Below are positions 21,401 to 30,911 of a stretch of 64,000 nucleotides of DNA, piece after piece. A program made the position numbers and the translations under genes. The notes under the pieces were generated by a model. The model saw only the letters and a list, made by a program, of their open reading frames with translations, had not been told where the DNA came from and ran no database searches. Position 1 is the first letter of the stretch. Each line of letters starts with the position of its first letter. The stretch lies in the IMG/VR virus record IMGVR_UViG_3300032312_002284, positions 22,156-86,155 of that record, one strand, 5' to 3'. This DNA is from a virus (Duplodnaviria > Caudoviricetes).

Positions 21401-22841
21401 CAGTACCTAATGACAAGTTTTTGATTGACATATGTACCGTCATGCCGACTGTAGGGACCACACCTTGACCAACCCAGTTAACCCCTGTTACTTGATAATT
21501 AACACTTGAACAACATTCTTGTAGAATGTAGTATGCGTTTTTATTAACAGGTGTTGGTGTTAGTGTTGGTGTTACGGAAGGTGAAACTGGTGATGGTGGG
21601 GAAACAGGGTTATTAATTAAATATTGTAATGTTACAGTATTACAAGATGGACTGGATGAACCAGCGCCTGAAATATTTTGACCATTAGCTAAGTTAAATT
21701 GAAACGTGACTTGCCAAACAGTCCCACTATAAGTTAATCTATAAACAGAATAACCATTTATTAGATATAAGTTATTACCTTGAGTTGCAATACCTTCAAC
21801 CTGAGTTAATCCCAAGTTTGTTAGGTTTATTGTATTTTGTAGTACTCCTGAACCATTATACTCATTTAAATACTTTACACCTGAGCCACTTGTCACAGAC
21901 ATTATGTATGTGTTTGAAGATGTCTTGATTAAATCACCAGTAATTGAATATCCTGCAGGTAATGAAAATAATAATGTATTACTTGCGGTCGAAGTACTTA
22001 CGTTTAATGAGTAAATTGAATTACTTGAATTACAAATTAATACGTTTTCACTCACACTTGCTAAACCTCTACCAAGAGTAATCGTTGTCGATATTGTATT
22101 AATTAATTGTAAATTTGACTTGTTATATCGATATATTACATTTCCTAAATTGGATGTGTAAATATAACTTGTTGTTACCGCAATATCATTTGAAGTTAAT
22201 GCCGGATTTAAAGTACCTAAAAGAGAATATGTATTTGCACTAGGATTGATTGTTGTAATCCTATCTGCATTTGCATCAATTAAATATATTGTACAATCAA
22301 CATAACCTGGTGGTGGACTTGTTGATGGTGTTGGTGTTTGTGTGGGTGTTTTGGTTGGGGTCTTAGTTTGTGTTTTAGTAACTGTTGGAGTCTTAGTTTT
22401 TGTTGGGGTAACTGTTTTAGTTGGTGTTGGAGTTTTAGTTTTAGTTGGTGTTGGAGTTTTTGTTGGAGTTCTAGTTGGACTCGCAGCTGGACCTCCTGAA
22501 TCTAAACAAATTGTAATTTCATCTTTACAAACAGCACAGCTAGCACAAGCATAATTAAAACTTGGACATGGTCCATAACCACCACTACCTACAAATCCAG
22601 TCCAAGTGTATGTTGAAAGAGATGGATTAGGTCCTGGAAGTGAGGATACAATTATTCCACAATCACCTGCTGGGAAACCTGTACTTACAATCGTATATAC
22701 TTCACCTATTCCAACAGTTATAGTATCGCCTAAGTAATTAGTATAATCAGGAATACCGCTAGGGGCGTAAAGAACATACTGAGTTTGAGATACTCCTACG
22801 CAACATCTAACAATTTTATAATAACCTGGTAATAAAGCCAT
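18465..22841 (-). CDS. Very large Pro/Thr-repeat, Cys-rich modular protein, probably virion surface
   Basis: 1458 aa with at least 6 TPTPTKT/SVTP tracts separating globular modules. Two internally repeated ~230-aa beta-rich domains and paired-Cys (RCC, ECC) modules. Confidence 0.65.
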   Translation of the reverse strand: MALLPGYYKIVRCCVGVSQTQYVLYAPSGIPDYTNYLGDTITVGIGEVYTIVSTGFPAGDCGIIVSSLPGPNPSLSTYTWTGFVGSGGYGPCPSFNYACASCAVCKDEITICLDSGGPAASPTRTPTKTPTPTKTKTPTPTKTVTPTKTKTPTVTKTQTKTPTKTPTQTPTPSTSPPPGYVDCTIYLIDANADRITTINPSANTYSLLGTLNPALTSNDIAVTTSYIYTSNLGNVIYRYNKSNLQLINTISTTITLGRGLASVSENVLICNSSNSIYSLNVSTSTASNTLLFSLPAGYSITGDLIKTSSNTYIMSVTSGSGVKYLNEYNGSGVLQNTINLTNLGLTQVEGIATQGNNLYLINGYSVYRLTYSGTVWQVTFQFNLANGQNISGAGSSSPSCNTVTLQYLINNPVSPPSPVSPSVTPTLTPTPVNKNAYYILQECCSSVNYQVTGVNWVGQGVVPTVGMTVHMSIKNLSLGTEITSCFVLISFSTVFNGTLPLYGPPTVASTTITKYGTNDCANCLSSESIICTSPTPTPTKTKTPTPTPTKTLTKTPTKTPTKTPTVTPSSGTDTCPIYVNFAGSIYLNNPITETTSLVGACVGGTPPTADLAVSQNYFFGYASFVISRYNKQTLQFVDSRTLPSGFFIGAGFDAIDDNNVVFESDGVLYRANLIPTVPIVTTLFTLGNGLYSTLNGDVLILSNGKYITSEYQYNPSNDDEFFYIRQYSSTGNIEVEVLVGGYTNSGGSFGYSDIYGIAMKGGNVYLYRGSGPILQLTYNLGSWSTTPQGSTVANAGAASLVACNTISLTDLENNPEPAPAPIPGSPTPTKTATQTKTPTPTRTPGLVAPSPTTSITPSTTPKFGASPTTTPTITPTKTATSTPFPVKASVTPTKTSTVTPSPVCISPVITNVVLHTPPNAFFVFWSGAGVNCTSVTVYYSFDGISYTPSTVGCSSPASIVMGGYVTGPVYVYTEAICSSGGVSSPSKIFSTTPIVVTPSVTPSVTPSNTPPRSATPTKTPTSTKTPTATVTPTSQSPTVTASFTPTPTPTKTGISFKSPTPTATNTSTPTVTPTVTPTTYTICPQQVYTLYTNDPLYTQYDGVYLQYGEYNSEAYFWNPSNEYFIYYSSANTRWCLSTNLGESCILEGKSPCYSICPDLCDDILYTGYITPTPSPSDNTCSDFYFEALFDCSIGGSTYPGLTPSNTVTSTPTLTPTPTVTPTQYCYGKSVDVSATTFTISVSQTPTPSPTTSPIPYNVPLSGSVTYNSFEQNLLCPISKKLSDCNSDQIFYVTGSLGDIPIGGIISVFINNISYCVTYLDSVSQAPTHTLTSIESGDLLNCVFCTPGVSPQVTPSNTVTPTPTKTTTPTPSSQLYTYIYRVCRSYPLSPIIVIQSQPVLNVNLGQGFTSQPTSPSQGKKVTFINVIPGWNPNYPADIVFTGNYFGVASNITDTPNCPS

Positions 22842-23065
22842 TAACTTACATTAAAATTATTAATTATCACACAACCATAGACATCAATTAATTTGATAAT
22901 ATAATTACTTTGAGTATCAAATGGTTGTGGTATTATAAAATTATATGGTAATTGAGAATCGGTAATTTGATTAATATAAATACAAGTTGTTTGTGAAGTA
23001 TCACAAAGATATACATCATACGGAGTTGACCCCGTTATATTATTAACCGTAACTTGAACTGCCAT
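22841..23065 (-). CDS. Small Cys-module protein, paralogous to the N-terminus of 11060..13429
   Basis: NNITGSTPYDVYLCD...C...GC versus SNITGGPPYEITVCD...C...GC. Confidence 0.6.
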   Translation of the reverse strand: MAVQVTVNNITGSTPYDVYLCDTSQTTCIYINQITDSQLPYNFIIPQPFDTQSNYIIKLIDVYGCVIINNFNVS

Positions 23066-23142
23066 AACTTTTAAATAAATATAGAAATAACAAAAAGTTT
23101 GTGTAGTTTGATTTAAATAACTTTTTTATTATATTTTATGGT

Positions 23143-24039
23143 ATGGACGAAAATGAAGTATTGGTGGATATGATGAGAGACCTTTTTGGAAAAGAAAAAC
23201 ATTTCTATTCTTCAAAAGGTCAAATTTCATTTAATTGTCCTTATTGTGATGATGGAAAAAATAAAGGTAACTTAGAAATTAATATTAATGAACACGTATA
23301 CAAATGTTGGGCGTGTTCTGAAACAAATGGAACTCATGGAGTGTTAGGTAAATTAATTGACATCTTTGGCACCAAAAGACAAAGAAAAATTTACGACATA
23401 TTCAAACCTGAAGACCAAAAGGTAAAAGAAAAATTTATTCCAAAATTACAGTTACCTAAAGAATTTACATCATTCAAAGATATTAATCCATTACACATTC
23501 CACATAAAGAAGCGTTAAAGTATATAAAATCACGAGGTATAACCGACCAAATGATTGAAAAATATAATATTGGATTTGCAAGTGAGGGTGAATACATGGG
23601 AAGGGTTATTATCCCATCATACGATAAAGAAGGTGAATTAAATTACTTTGTTTCAAGAGCGTGGTTTAAAACCAAAAACAAATATAAAAACCCTGAGGCC
23701 CCAAAGGAAGTTATCATATTTAACGAAAAGTTAATTGATTGGGAAAAACCAATTTATCTATGTGAAGGTGTTTTTGATGGGTTCTTTGTTCCAAACCCTG
23801 TAATACTTTTAGGTAAGGTTTTAAGTGAAAAGTTATTTGAGACAATTTATGATAACGCAAAGTCGGATATTATTATTTGTTTGGACGCCGATGCTTGGAA
23901 AGATGCTCAAAAGTTATACAATCAATTAAATGGTGGAAAGTTAAGAGGTAGAGTTAAAGTTTTAAAACTACCAAAAGATTCAGATGTTGCCGAGTTACGA
24001 GGTAAGATTGATGATTATTATTATGAAATGAAATACTAA
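23143..24039 (+). CDS. dnaG: DNA primase (zinc finger plus Toprim)
   Basis: CPYC...HVYKCWAC zinc-binding domain, YIKSRGI, GRVIIP, LCEGVFD and ICLDADA Toprim motifs. Confidence 0.9.
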   Translation: MDENEVLVDMMRDLFGKEKHFYSSKGQISFNCPYCDDGKNKGNLEININEHVYKCWACSETNGTHGVLGKLIDIFGTKRQRKIYDIFKPEDQKVKEKFIPKLQLPKEFTSFKDINPLHIPHKEALKYIKSRGITDQMIEKYNIGFASEGEYMGRVIIPSYDKEGELNYFVSRAWFKTKNKYKNPEAPKEVIIFNEKLIDWEKPIYLCEGVFDGFFVPNPVILLGKVLSEKLFETIYDNAKSDIIICLDADAWKDAQKLYNQLNGGKLRGRVKVLKLPKDSDVAELRGKIDDYYYEMKY

Positions 24040-24040
24040 T

Positions 24041-24895
24041 ATGGATTTATATAAAATAAGAGATGAAATTTTAGAAATAATTTCACAAAAACAAAAAGAG
24101 ATAGGGATTACGTTTGAGGAAGAATCACATAAATACACTATGTTAGATAATGAGGGTAATTTACGAAGTGATTGGCCATCAGTATCTAAGGTATTAAAAA
24201 AGTTTTATCCCGAGTTCCCAACTGACGAGGCTGCGGAAAAGAAATCAAAAGGTGACCCTATTGTTAAACAACAATTGATTGAAGAGTGGGCGGCTGCCGG
24301 TGACTACTCAACCAATATGGGAAGTAGAGTTCACTATATTTTAGAACAAGAATCTCATAAAGTTTTTAAAATAAATAAGGTCGTTAGAAAACCTGAGTTT
24401 AATTGTGATTTTACTCAAATACTGAAAGGGGATAGTATGGTTAGTGCTGGTAAAAAATTTTTAAAATTAATGGAGAATCGTAATGTGGTTCTCTTGGATA
24501 CTGAAATTGTTCTAGGGTCAAATGAATTAGGCTACACAGGTCAACCTGACAAAGTGTGGTTAGTTATAAATAAGAAAGGTGATGAGTTTGGATTATTAAT
24601 TACGGATTATAAAACAAACAAACCAAAAAACTTTGTTGCCAACAACTTTACAAAACCTATGTTTAGACCCTTTGAAAAATATTTAAACACTGCGTTAGGT
24701 CACTATTATGTTCAATTACCTTTATATGGTAAATTATTGTTAAAAATGTTAGAGGGGACAAAATATGAAAACATTAGGTTATATGGATGTATTGTTGTAT
24801 TATTGCGTGAGGATTCAGAATATGAAGAATATCGTGTTCCGCAAGATGTAATTGATACCGTTCTTAATATGAACGTAAAAGATTATTTAAATTGA
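24041..24895 (+). CDS. PD-(D/E)XK exonuclease
   Basis: GSRVH, GYTGQPD, ITDYKT and YYVQLPLY motifs. No Cas4 Fe-S cysteines are visible. Confidence 0.75.
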   Translation: MDLYKIRDEILEIISQKQKEIGITFEEESHKYTMLDNEGNLRSDWPSVSKVLKKFYPEFPTDEAAEKKSKGDPIVKQQLIEEWAAAGDYSTNMGSRVHYILEQESHKVFKINKVVRKPEFNCDFTQILKGDSMVSAGKKFLKLMENRNVVLLDTEIVLGSNELGYTGQPDKVWLVINKKGDEFGLLITDYKTNKPKNFVANNFTKPMFRPFEKYLNTALGHYYVQLPLYGKLLLKMLEGTKYENIRLYGCIVVLLREDSEYEEYRVPQDVIDTVLNMNVKDYLN

Positions 24896-24920
24896 CAATC
24901 AACTTAAAAAGTTATATATT
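24892..24920 (+). promoter_or_regulatory. Canonical sigma70-type -35/-10 promoter
   Basis: TTGACA-N17-TATATT, 9 nt before the ATG at 24929. Confidence 0.65.
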
Positions 24921-24928
24921 TAAACACT

Positions 24929-25147
24929 ATGATTAAACTAACATTTTACACAAAAAACAAACAAGTTACCGTTGATTTTGGTGAACTACATCACGAAAGT
25001 TACGAGAACGTACCAACAGTTCAGGTAAGAGAAGGATACTATGAAGTTATGAAACGAATTGATAATATTACGGTTCCTTCAGGTTACTCATCAATTCCTG
25101 TACTAAGAGTACCAATTAATAATACAATAATGTTTATAGAAGAATAA
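24929..25147 (+). CDS. Hypothetical protein
   Basis: 72-aa ORF in the replication operon. Confidence 0.55.
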   Translation: MIKLTFYTKNKQVTVDFGELHHESYENVPTVQVREGYYEVMKRIDNITVPSGYSSIPVLRVPINNTIMFIEE

Positions 25148-25148
25148 T

Positions 25149-25382
25149 ATGGAATTAGAAAAACCAAGAATTAATTTAAGAGAAATGAACTTTGTTAAAT
25201 GTGACGAATGTGACTTTGACCAGTTCAAAGAAGTAACTTATTTAAAATTAGTGCCAAAACTAATGACAGGGTCACCTAATGACACAATCGTACCTTTCCC
25301 AACTTACGCTTGTTTAAAGTGTGGACATATTAATGAGGAATTAAATCCTTTCACACAAGATTCACCTAAACTTGACTTATGA
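25149..25382 (+). CDS. Small zinc-ribbon protein
   Basis: CDEC...CLKC. Confidence 0.6.
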   Translation: MELEKPRINLREMNFVKCDECDFDQFKEVTYLKLVPKLMTGSPNDTIVPFPTYACLKCGHINEELNPFTQDSPKLDL

Positions 25383-26158
25383 TAAAAAAAATAATTCATT
25401 TCAGTGATTTACACATTCGTTTATTTAAAGACCACGACTTGTATAAGAGAATTTTACAAGATGCCTTCAAACAGTGGAGAGATATTGCTCCTGACCGTAT
25501 TGTCTTTACTGGAGATTTAGTCCATTCTAAAAATCAAATGACACCTGAGCTTGTTGAATTTATTGCTTGGGTATTGACAGAATGTTCAAAAATTACTAAG
25601 ACAATTTTAATACCTGGTAACCATGACTTCCTTGAAAATAATATGGAAAGATTGGACGCCTTAACTCCAGTGGTAGATTCATTACAAAATGAAATGGTGG
25701 TCTATTATAAGAATAGAGGTGTGTACCCTGACCAAAATATTGATTGGTGTGTGTACTCACTTATGGACCATAATATTCCACCTGAGATTGAAAAATCAGA
25801 CCGAGTTAAGATTGGATTGTTCCATGGTCCTGTACAAGGATTAACAACCAATTTAGGATTTAAATTTGAAGATGGATTTGAATCTTCAAAATTTGATGGA
25901 TGTGATTTGGTATTTTGTGGTGACATCCATAAGAGACAAATCTTTGATATACCCGGTGGGAAGAAAGCTTATATGATTGGTTCAACCATTGTACAAAACT
26001 ATGGTGAAACTATTACAAAACATGGGTATGGTATTTACGATGTTGAAAAGGATAAATATGTTACTGTTGACTTACATAACCCAAAACCATTTATTGCTTT
26101 TAGAATAAACTCATACGAAGATATTGAAAATGGAAAAGAAAAACTTGTTAACTATTGA
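25379..26158 (+). CDS. sbcD: Mre11/SbcD-like metallophosphoesterase (T4 gp47-like)
   Basis: DLH, GDLVH, GNHD, FHG and GDIH phosphoesterase motifs. Lies upstream of a Rad50-like gene. Confidence 0.85.
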   Translation: MIKKIIHFSDLHIRLFKDHDLYKRILQDAFKQWRDIAPDRIVFTGDLVHSKNQMTPELVEFIAWVLTECSKITKTILIPGNHDFLENNMERLDALTPVVDSLQNEMVVYYKNRGVYPDQNIDWCVYSLMDHNIPPEIEKSDRVKIGLFHGPVQGLTTNLGFKFEDGFESSKFDGCDLVFCGDIHKRQIFDIPGGKKAYMIGSTIVQNYGETITKHGYGIYDVEKDKYVTVDLHNPKPFIAFRINSYEDIENGKEKLVNY

Positions 26159-26582
26159 GTTAAGTAAATTAGACTCTGAGGATATCAATTTATTTTGTAA
26201 ATCAAATGAAATAGATGATATTAATGGATTTGTTACATTATGTTTGAGAAAGGGTTACTATATTGAAAAATATGGATTATTAAATCAAGGTAACCTACCT
26301 GATGTAATTGAGAGAGAATTTGAGAGAGAAATAAAAGTTGAAGACACCTCAAAGATTGAAGAACTTGAAAACCAAATTTATATACTCAAAGGTAAACTTG
26401 AAAACCAAAAAGAAATCGAGTGTTTAAAACTCCAAGAGACACTTATGGAACTTAATAGACAACTTGGAGATAAAAATGAAACAATAAAAGAATTAAGAAG
26501 TAAGGTTAGTGACCTTGAAAATTTGACAAAAACTTCTTATGCTTTTTATATGAAAAATTCAAACTTAACAAATAAATTATAA
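26130..26582 (+). CDS. Coiled-coil hypothetical protein
   Basis: Heptad-rich C-terminal half. Confidence 0.5.
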   Translation: MEKKNLLTIELSKLDSEDINLFCKSNEIDDINGFVTLCLRKGYYIEKYGLLNQGNLPDVIEREFEREIKVEDTSKIEELENQIYILKGKLENQKEIECLKLQETLMELNRQLGDKNETIKELRSKVSDLENLTKTSYAFYMKNSNLTNKL

Positions 26583-26586
26583 TATT

Positions 26587-26937
26587 ATGACAGCATTTAT
26601 TGTATGGGCAATATTAGCCTACGGATTCAGCACAATAATGGTATATGGTACCATTTTTAAAGGAATGAGAAATTTCATAAAAGAATATGGAGAATCTGAT
26701 TTGATTATGTCAGACACATTAAAATTCATATCTAGTATTTTATCATGTATGATGTGTTGTTCTACATGGATTGGGTTTTTCTTAGGTTTATTTATTTATT
26801 CTCCTACCCACGAATTATTCCAATTAAACTCATATTTCTCTTGGTTTTTTGACGGATTATTGGCTTCAGGGTCAGTATGGGGAATAAATGGATTTATTGA
26901 ATGGTTCGAAGAAAATAGACCAAGTAAAATTAAATAA
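26587..26937 (+). CDS. Membrane protein, DUF1360-like
   Basis: Hydrophobic segments with CMMCCSTWIG (CxxCxSxW). Confidence 0.55.
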   Translation: MTAFIVWAILAYGFSTIMVYGTIFKGMRNFIKEYGESDLIMSDTLKFISSILSCMMCCSTWIGFFLGLFIYSPTHELFQLNSYFSWFFDGLLASGSVWGINGFIEWFEENRPSKIK

Positions 26938-26953
26938 CTAAAAACAAATATAT

Positions 26954-27139
26954 ATGCCAAAATCAAGATTAAGACCAAACCACAAACAGAAAGTTACGGC
27001 TTGGAAAATGAGAACCGAAAATGATAAACGACGCTATCAAAAATTGATGAATGAAGCGATGATGGAACAAATTGAAAAAATGAGGGCCGCTCAATCGGGT
27101 ACCACTGAAAACAATGCACCTGTTCAGCAAACCGTTTAA
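26954..27139 (+). CDS. Small basic hypothetical protein
   Basis: MPKSRLRPNHK..., 61 aa. Confidence 0.55.
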   Translation: MPKSRLRPNHKQKVTAWKMRTENDKRRYQKLMNEAMMEQIEKMRAAQSGTTENNAPVQQTV

Positions 27140-27155
27140 TTTAGAAAGAGTAAAG

Positions 27156-29483
27156 ATGATTAAAGATTTGGATTTTGATAAGTTGGAGAACCCATATGTA
27201 CAAGTCGTATGGGAGGACGCTCCTGAAAACTTCACACAAGAAAAGTTAAAGAATGTAAAACATTACTTTCAAAAGAAGTATAACACAACCAGTGTAAATG
27301 TTATTACAAAACTTAAAAAAAGTGAAGAAGTTCAGGATAATGTTGATGTATCATTCAATATTATGGATGAGAACTTCCAACATGAACTTATGAAATCCAT
27401 TCTTGAATCTAAAGGACAAGTAAATCTTTATGAAGATATTCTAAAGATTGACTCAGCGGTTAACAACAAAATGATTGCTGAGCAAGAAGAGGTTGGGACA
27501 TTTAAGAAGTGGTTTATTAAGAAAATTGAGTTTTCAAATTTTTTATCTTACGGTGAAAATCAAACCCTTAACTTTGAAAAGTTAGGGGGTATCACTGTAA
27601 TTGAATCGGACCCACCTAACTTTGGAGGTAAAACTGTTCTATCAGTTGATTTATTGTTATTCTTATTCTTTAATACAACAACCAAGACAAACAAGGCTGA
27701 GGAAGTATTCAATAGGTACTCAGATAAAGATAAAGTATCTGTTCGTGGTGAGATTGTAATTGATGGTGAGGATTACATTATTGTTCGAGAACTTGAACGT
27801 AAAAAATCAAAGGCAGGTGAATGGAATGTTAAAACTGAATTAGATTTTTTTAAAAAATATCCTGATGGTTCATTAGTTAAGTTTACTGGAGAACAAAGAC
27901 GAGAAACTGAAAACTTTATCAAAACATCTATTGGAAGTTATGATGATTTCTTAATGACTATCTTAACCACAGGTACTAACCTTGAAGATTTACTTGAGGC
28001 TAAACCAACGGCAAGAGGACAAGTTTTGTCAAGATTTTTAGGATTGGATTTCTTAAAAAGAAAAGAAGAAACAGGTAAAGAAATTTATTCGGTTTTTTCT
28101 AAGTCTATGATTTCAAATATCTACAACACTGAATCATTAAAAACTCAGAATGAGGAGTTAGTCATTACCAATGAGACTATTAAAAATACAATTAAGGAAA
28201 ACCAAACTAAGATTGTTGATGTTAATGTACGTATTGATAAAGGTCAGGAGTATCGTGATAATTTATTAAAATCAAAAGTTGTTGTTGAAAAAGAACTTAC
28301 TCTAATGAACCCTGACCAAACTCAAAAAGAGATTAATGGGTTTGAAAATCAGATTAAACAAAACATTTCATTGAGAGATTCAATTAAGATTGTTGAACCT
28401 TCAGAGTTTTATACTGAAAATGAACACGACAAGATTAAAGAAGAATACCAAAAGGCTTACAAGCAAAAAGTTGAGGTTGATACAAACATTTCAGGAATTG
28501 AAAAGTTAAAAAGTTCTGTGAGTGGTGGAATCAAATGTGAACACTGTGGTATTGAATTAATGAACGCGGCAATCACACAATCCAGAATTGCTGAACTTGA
28601 TGGTTATATCAAGCATAAAACCGAAATACAGGGGTTAATACAGGAATTATCCGACAAAGAACAGGGGTTTGTTAAACTTAAAAAAGACTTTGATGAATAC
28701 GAAAAAAACAAATTGGTCTATGAAAAATACCAAGCAACGATTGAAACTATCCAAATTAAAAGAGATACTTTGGAATCAAAACTTAATCGATACGGAGAGA
28801 TGCAAGATGTTATTAAGTCAAATGAGCAAATCGAGAGCCAAATCATAAAGGCAAATTTAAGGTTGGAAGAATTGAAAAGAGAATTGGAACAGGTACAAAA
28901 AAGTATCTCCAATTCAGAGTTCCAAATTAAACAAAACGAGGAGAAAATTGATGGTAATTTAAAAACAATTGTTAAAATTGCCGAGGAACAAGAAAAAGAA
29001 ATGAAATATAAGTTATACTTGGAATTGTTTGGTAAGAATGGTATCGCTAAGAGAATTATGAAGAGTATGATGCCACTTATCAATTCAGAGTTACAAAGAT
29101 TACTTCAGGACTCTTGTTACTTCAGATTAGAAATCCGTATCAGTGAAAAGAATGAAGTTGAGTTTTGGATGATTGACAACAATACTCAAGTTGAAAAACT
29201 TATGACGACAGGTTCAGGATATGAAAAAACAATTGCTTCACTTGCTTTAAGAGCGGTTCTTGCCAAAGTATGTTCATTACCAAAACCGAACATTACAGTA
29301 TTTGACGAGGTGTTTGGTAAGATTTCTAATGACAACCTTGAGATGGTTTATGAGTTCTTTATTAAGATTAAAGAATACTTTGAAAACATCTTGGTGATTA
29401 CACACAACCCAATGATTTCAAATTGGGCGGATAATATAATCAAAATTTCAAAAACAGATAATATCTCCAAAGTTTCACAATAA
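27156..29483 (+). CDS. sbcC: Rad50/SbcC-like SMC ATPase (T4 gp46-like)
   Basis: NFLSYG, Walker A (NFGGKT), coiled coils with a CEHC zinc hook, signature (GSGYEK), and Walker B (VFDEVFG...VITH). Likely start MIKDLDF. Confidence 0.9.
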   Translation: MIKDLDFDKLENPYVQVVWEDAPENFTQEKLKNVKHYFQKKYNTTSVNVITKLKKSEEVQDNVDVSFNIMDENFQHELMKSILESKGQVNLYEDILKIDSAVNNKMIAEQEEVGTFKKWFIKKIEFSNFLSYGENQTLNFEKLGGITVIESDPPNFGGKTVLSVDLLLFLFFNTTTKTNKAEEVFNRYSDKDKVSVRGEIVIDGEDYIIVRELERKKSKAGEWNVKTELDFFKKYPDGSLVKFTGEQRRETENFIKTSIGSYDDFLMTILTTGTNLEDLLEAKPTARGQVLSRFLGLDFLKRKEETGKEIYSVFSKSMISNIYNTESLKTQNEELVITNETIKNTIKENQTKIVDVNVRIDKGQEYRDNLLKSKVVVEKELTLMNPDQTQKEINGFENQIKQNISLRDSIKIVEPSEFYTENEHDKIKEEYQKAYKQKVEVDTNISGIEKLKSSVSGGIKCEHCGIELMNAAITQSRIAELDGYIKHKTEIQGLIQELSDKEQGFVKLKKDFDEYEKNKLVYEKYQATIETIQIKRDTLESKLNRYGEMQDVIKSNEQIESQIIKANLRLEELKRELEQVQKSISNSEFQIKQNEEKIDGNLKTIVKIAEEQEKEMKYKLYLELFGKNGIAKRIMKSMMPLINSELQRLLQDSCYFRLEIRISEKNEVEFWMIDNNTQVEKLMTTGSGYEKTIASLALRAVLAKVCSLPKPNITVFDEVFGKISNDNLEMVYEFFIKIKEYFENILVITHNPMISNWADNIIKISKTDNISKVSQ

Positions 29484-29486
29484 TTC

Positions 29487-29519
29487 TTTGGGGATATTGT
29501 TTTTTTCATCGTATATTTG
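29487..29519 (+). promoter_or_regulatory. Bacteroidota-type -33/-7 promoter
   Basis: TTTG-N21-TATATTTG, upstream of the 29533 ORF and the sigma gene. Confidence 0.65.
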
Positions 29520-29532
29520 TAGAAATAAAATT

Positions 29533-30054
29533 ATGGAATATATACTTTTTGCTTTTGGGGATTACAAGGAAACTGAACCTCACATTAAATTAATAATTGA
29601 TTGTGTTTCACAAATATCTAAAAAAGACGTAAGGTATCAATACGGAGATGCGGGAATAATAGTTAACTTTGAAACATCATTGGATACTGATGGAATCAGT
29701 AAATTTTTTGAAGAATCAATAACTAAATTGACCGCAATGTTTTTTGTTTTTCCTGTAAACGATAATATGATTCTTTCTATGGATGAAGATATTCATAGTC
29801 ATTTATTTGGTGAAACTGACAAAAAGTCAGAAAGTCATGTTAAAAATTTTACAATCGATATGACTGACATACCTAAGTTTGGTGATAGTGATATGACTGA
29901 TTCTATGGAAAAACTTTTTAGTATATTATTTAAACCACAAACAATACCTAACGAAGTACTTACTTTGGACCAATTATTGGACAAGATAAATGAGTCAGGT
30001 ATTGACTCACTAACTGAAAACGAAATCAAATTATTAAATGAATACTCAAAATAA
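29533..30054 (+). CDS. Hypothetical protein
   Basis: Likely start MEYILF. C-terminal LDQLLDKINESGIDSLTENE helix motif. Confidence 0.55.
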   Translation: MEYILFAFGDYKETEPHIKLIIDCVSQISKKDVRYQYGDAGIIVNFETSLDTDGISKFFEESITKLTAMFFVFPVNDNMILSMDEDIHSHLFGETDKKSESHVKNFTIDMTDIPKFGDSDMTDSMEKLFSILFKPQTIPNEVLTLDQLLDKINESGIDSLTENEIKLLNEYSK

Positions 30055-30061
30055 ATTAAAT

Positions 30062-30862
30062 ATGATAAATAAACAATCTGTAATTCCAATTAATCAGGAT
30101 GAAGTTAGTTACTACTTAAAAGACATCAGAAAAATTAAAGTAATGACTCCTGAAAGAGAGAGAGAGTTATCTAAATTAATGCAATCTGAAAATGTTTCTG
30201 AAAAACAAAAAGAGTCAATTAAGAAAGAAATTTTAGAAGGAAATTTACGTTTTGTCATTACAGTTGCAAAACAATATCAAAACCAAGGGGTTGATTTTCC
30301 TGACTTGGTTGCTGAGGGTAATATTGGATTGATGAAAGCTTTAAATAACTTTGATTGGTCTAAAAATTTAAGATTTATTTCTTACGCGGTTTGGTGGGTT
30401 AGACAATCAATTTTACAGTCTTTAAATGAGCATTCGAGAACTATTCGTATACCTGTAAACGTTGTTCAAGACTTGCACAAAGAAAAGAAAAGAGTTGAAA
30501 AAACAGATGGTAGAATGGAAGATAGGTTTGCGAACTTACCATATACGATTAACTTAGAAACTCAAATTAATGAAGAAGGTGACACCTTAATTGATTTAAT
30601 TGAAAATAAAAATTCTATGAGACCTGATGAAGTATTTAATACTTCACAACAATTAAAAGATGGTTTGATAAACATATTAAACATCTTAGATGAGAGAGAA
30701 AAACAGATTGTTGAGGATTATTACGGGATTTCAGGTACCCCTAGAACATTAGAGGATATTGGTTCAGATTTTAATTTAACTAAAGAAAGAGTTAGACAGA
30801 TTAAAGAAAAAGCTCTACGTAAGTTACGTAATGAAAGTTCATCGTTGTTCGATTATATCTGA
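30062..30862 (+). CDS. Phage-encoded RNA polymerase sigma-70 family factor
   Basis: NLRFVITVAKQY, DLVAEGNIGL, RFISYAVWWVRQSI (region 2) and RTLEDIG..FNLTKERVRQIKEKALRKLR (region 4). Confidence 0.95.
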   Translation: MINKQSVIPINQDEVSYYLKDIRKIKVMTPERERELSKLMQSENVSEKQKESIKKEILEGNLRFVITVAKQYQNQGVDFPDLVAEGNIGLMKALNNFDWSKNLRFISYAVWWVRQSILQSLNEHSRTIRIPVNVVQDLHKEKKRVEKTDGRMEDRFANLPYTINLETQINEEGDTLIDLIENKNSMRPDEVFNTSQQLKDGLINILNILDEREKQIVEDYYGISGTPRTLEDIGSDFNLTKERVRQIKEKALRKLRNESSSLFDYI

Positions 30863-30911
30863 TGAAGTATTTATTGTTTATTATTTATATTTAAATTTAA
30901 AAAAAAAAGTT

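Noticed and set aside
13730-22480. CRISPR-like or tandem DNA repeats in the ACACCAACT-rich tracts
   Set aside because: They are degenerate codon repeats encoding Pro/Thr linkers inside long ORFs, with no constant repeat-spacer structure.
24041-24895. Cas4 or CRISPR adaptation module
   Set aside because: The protein has a PD-(D/E)XK core but no four-Cys Fe-S motif, there are no cas genes or array, and it sits in a replication operon.
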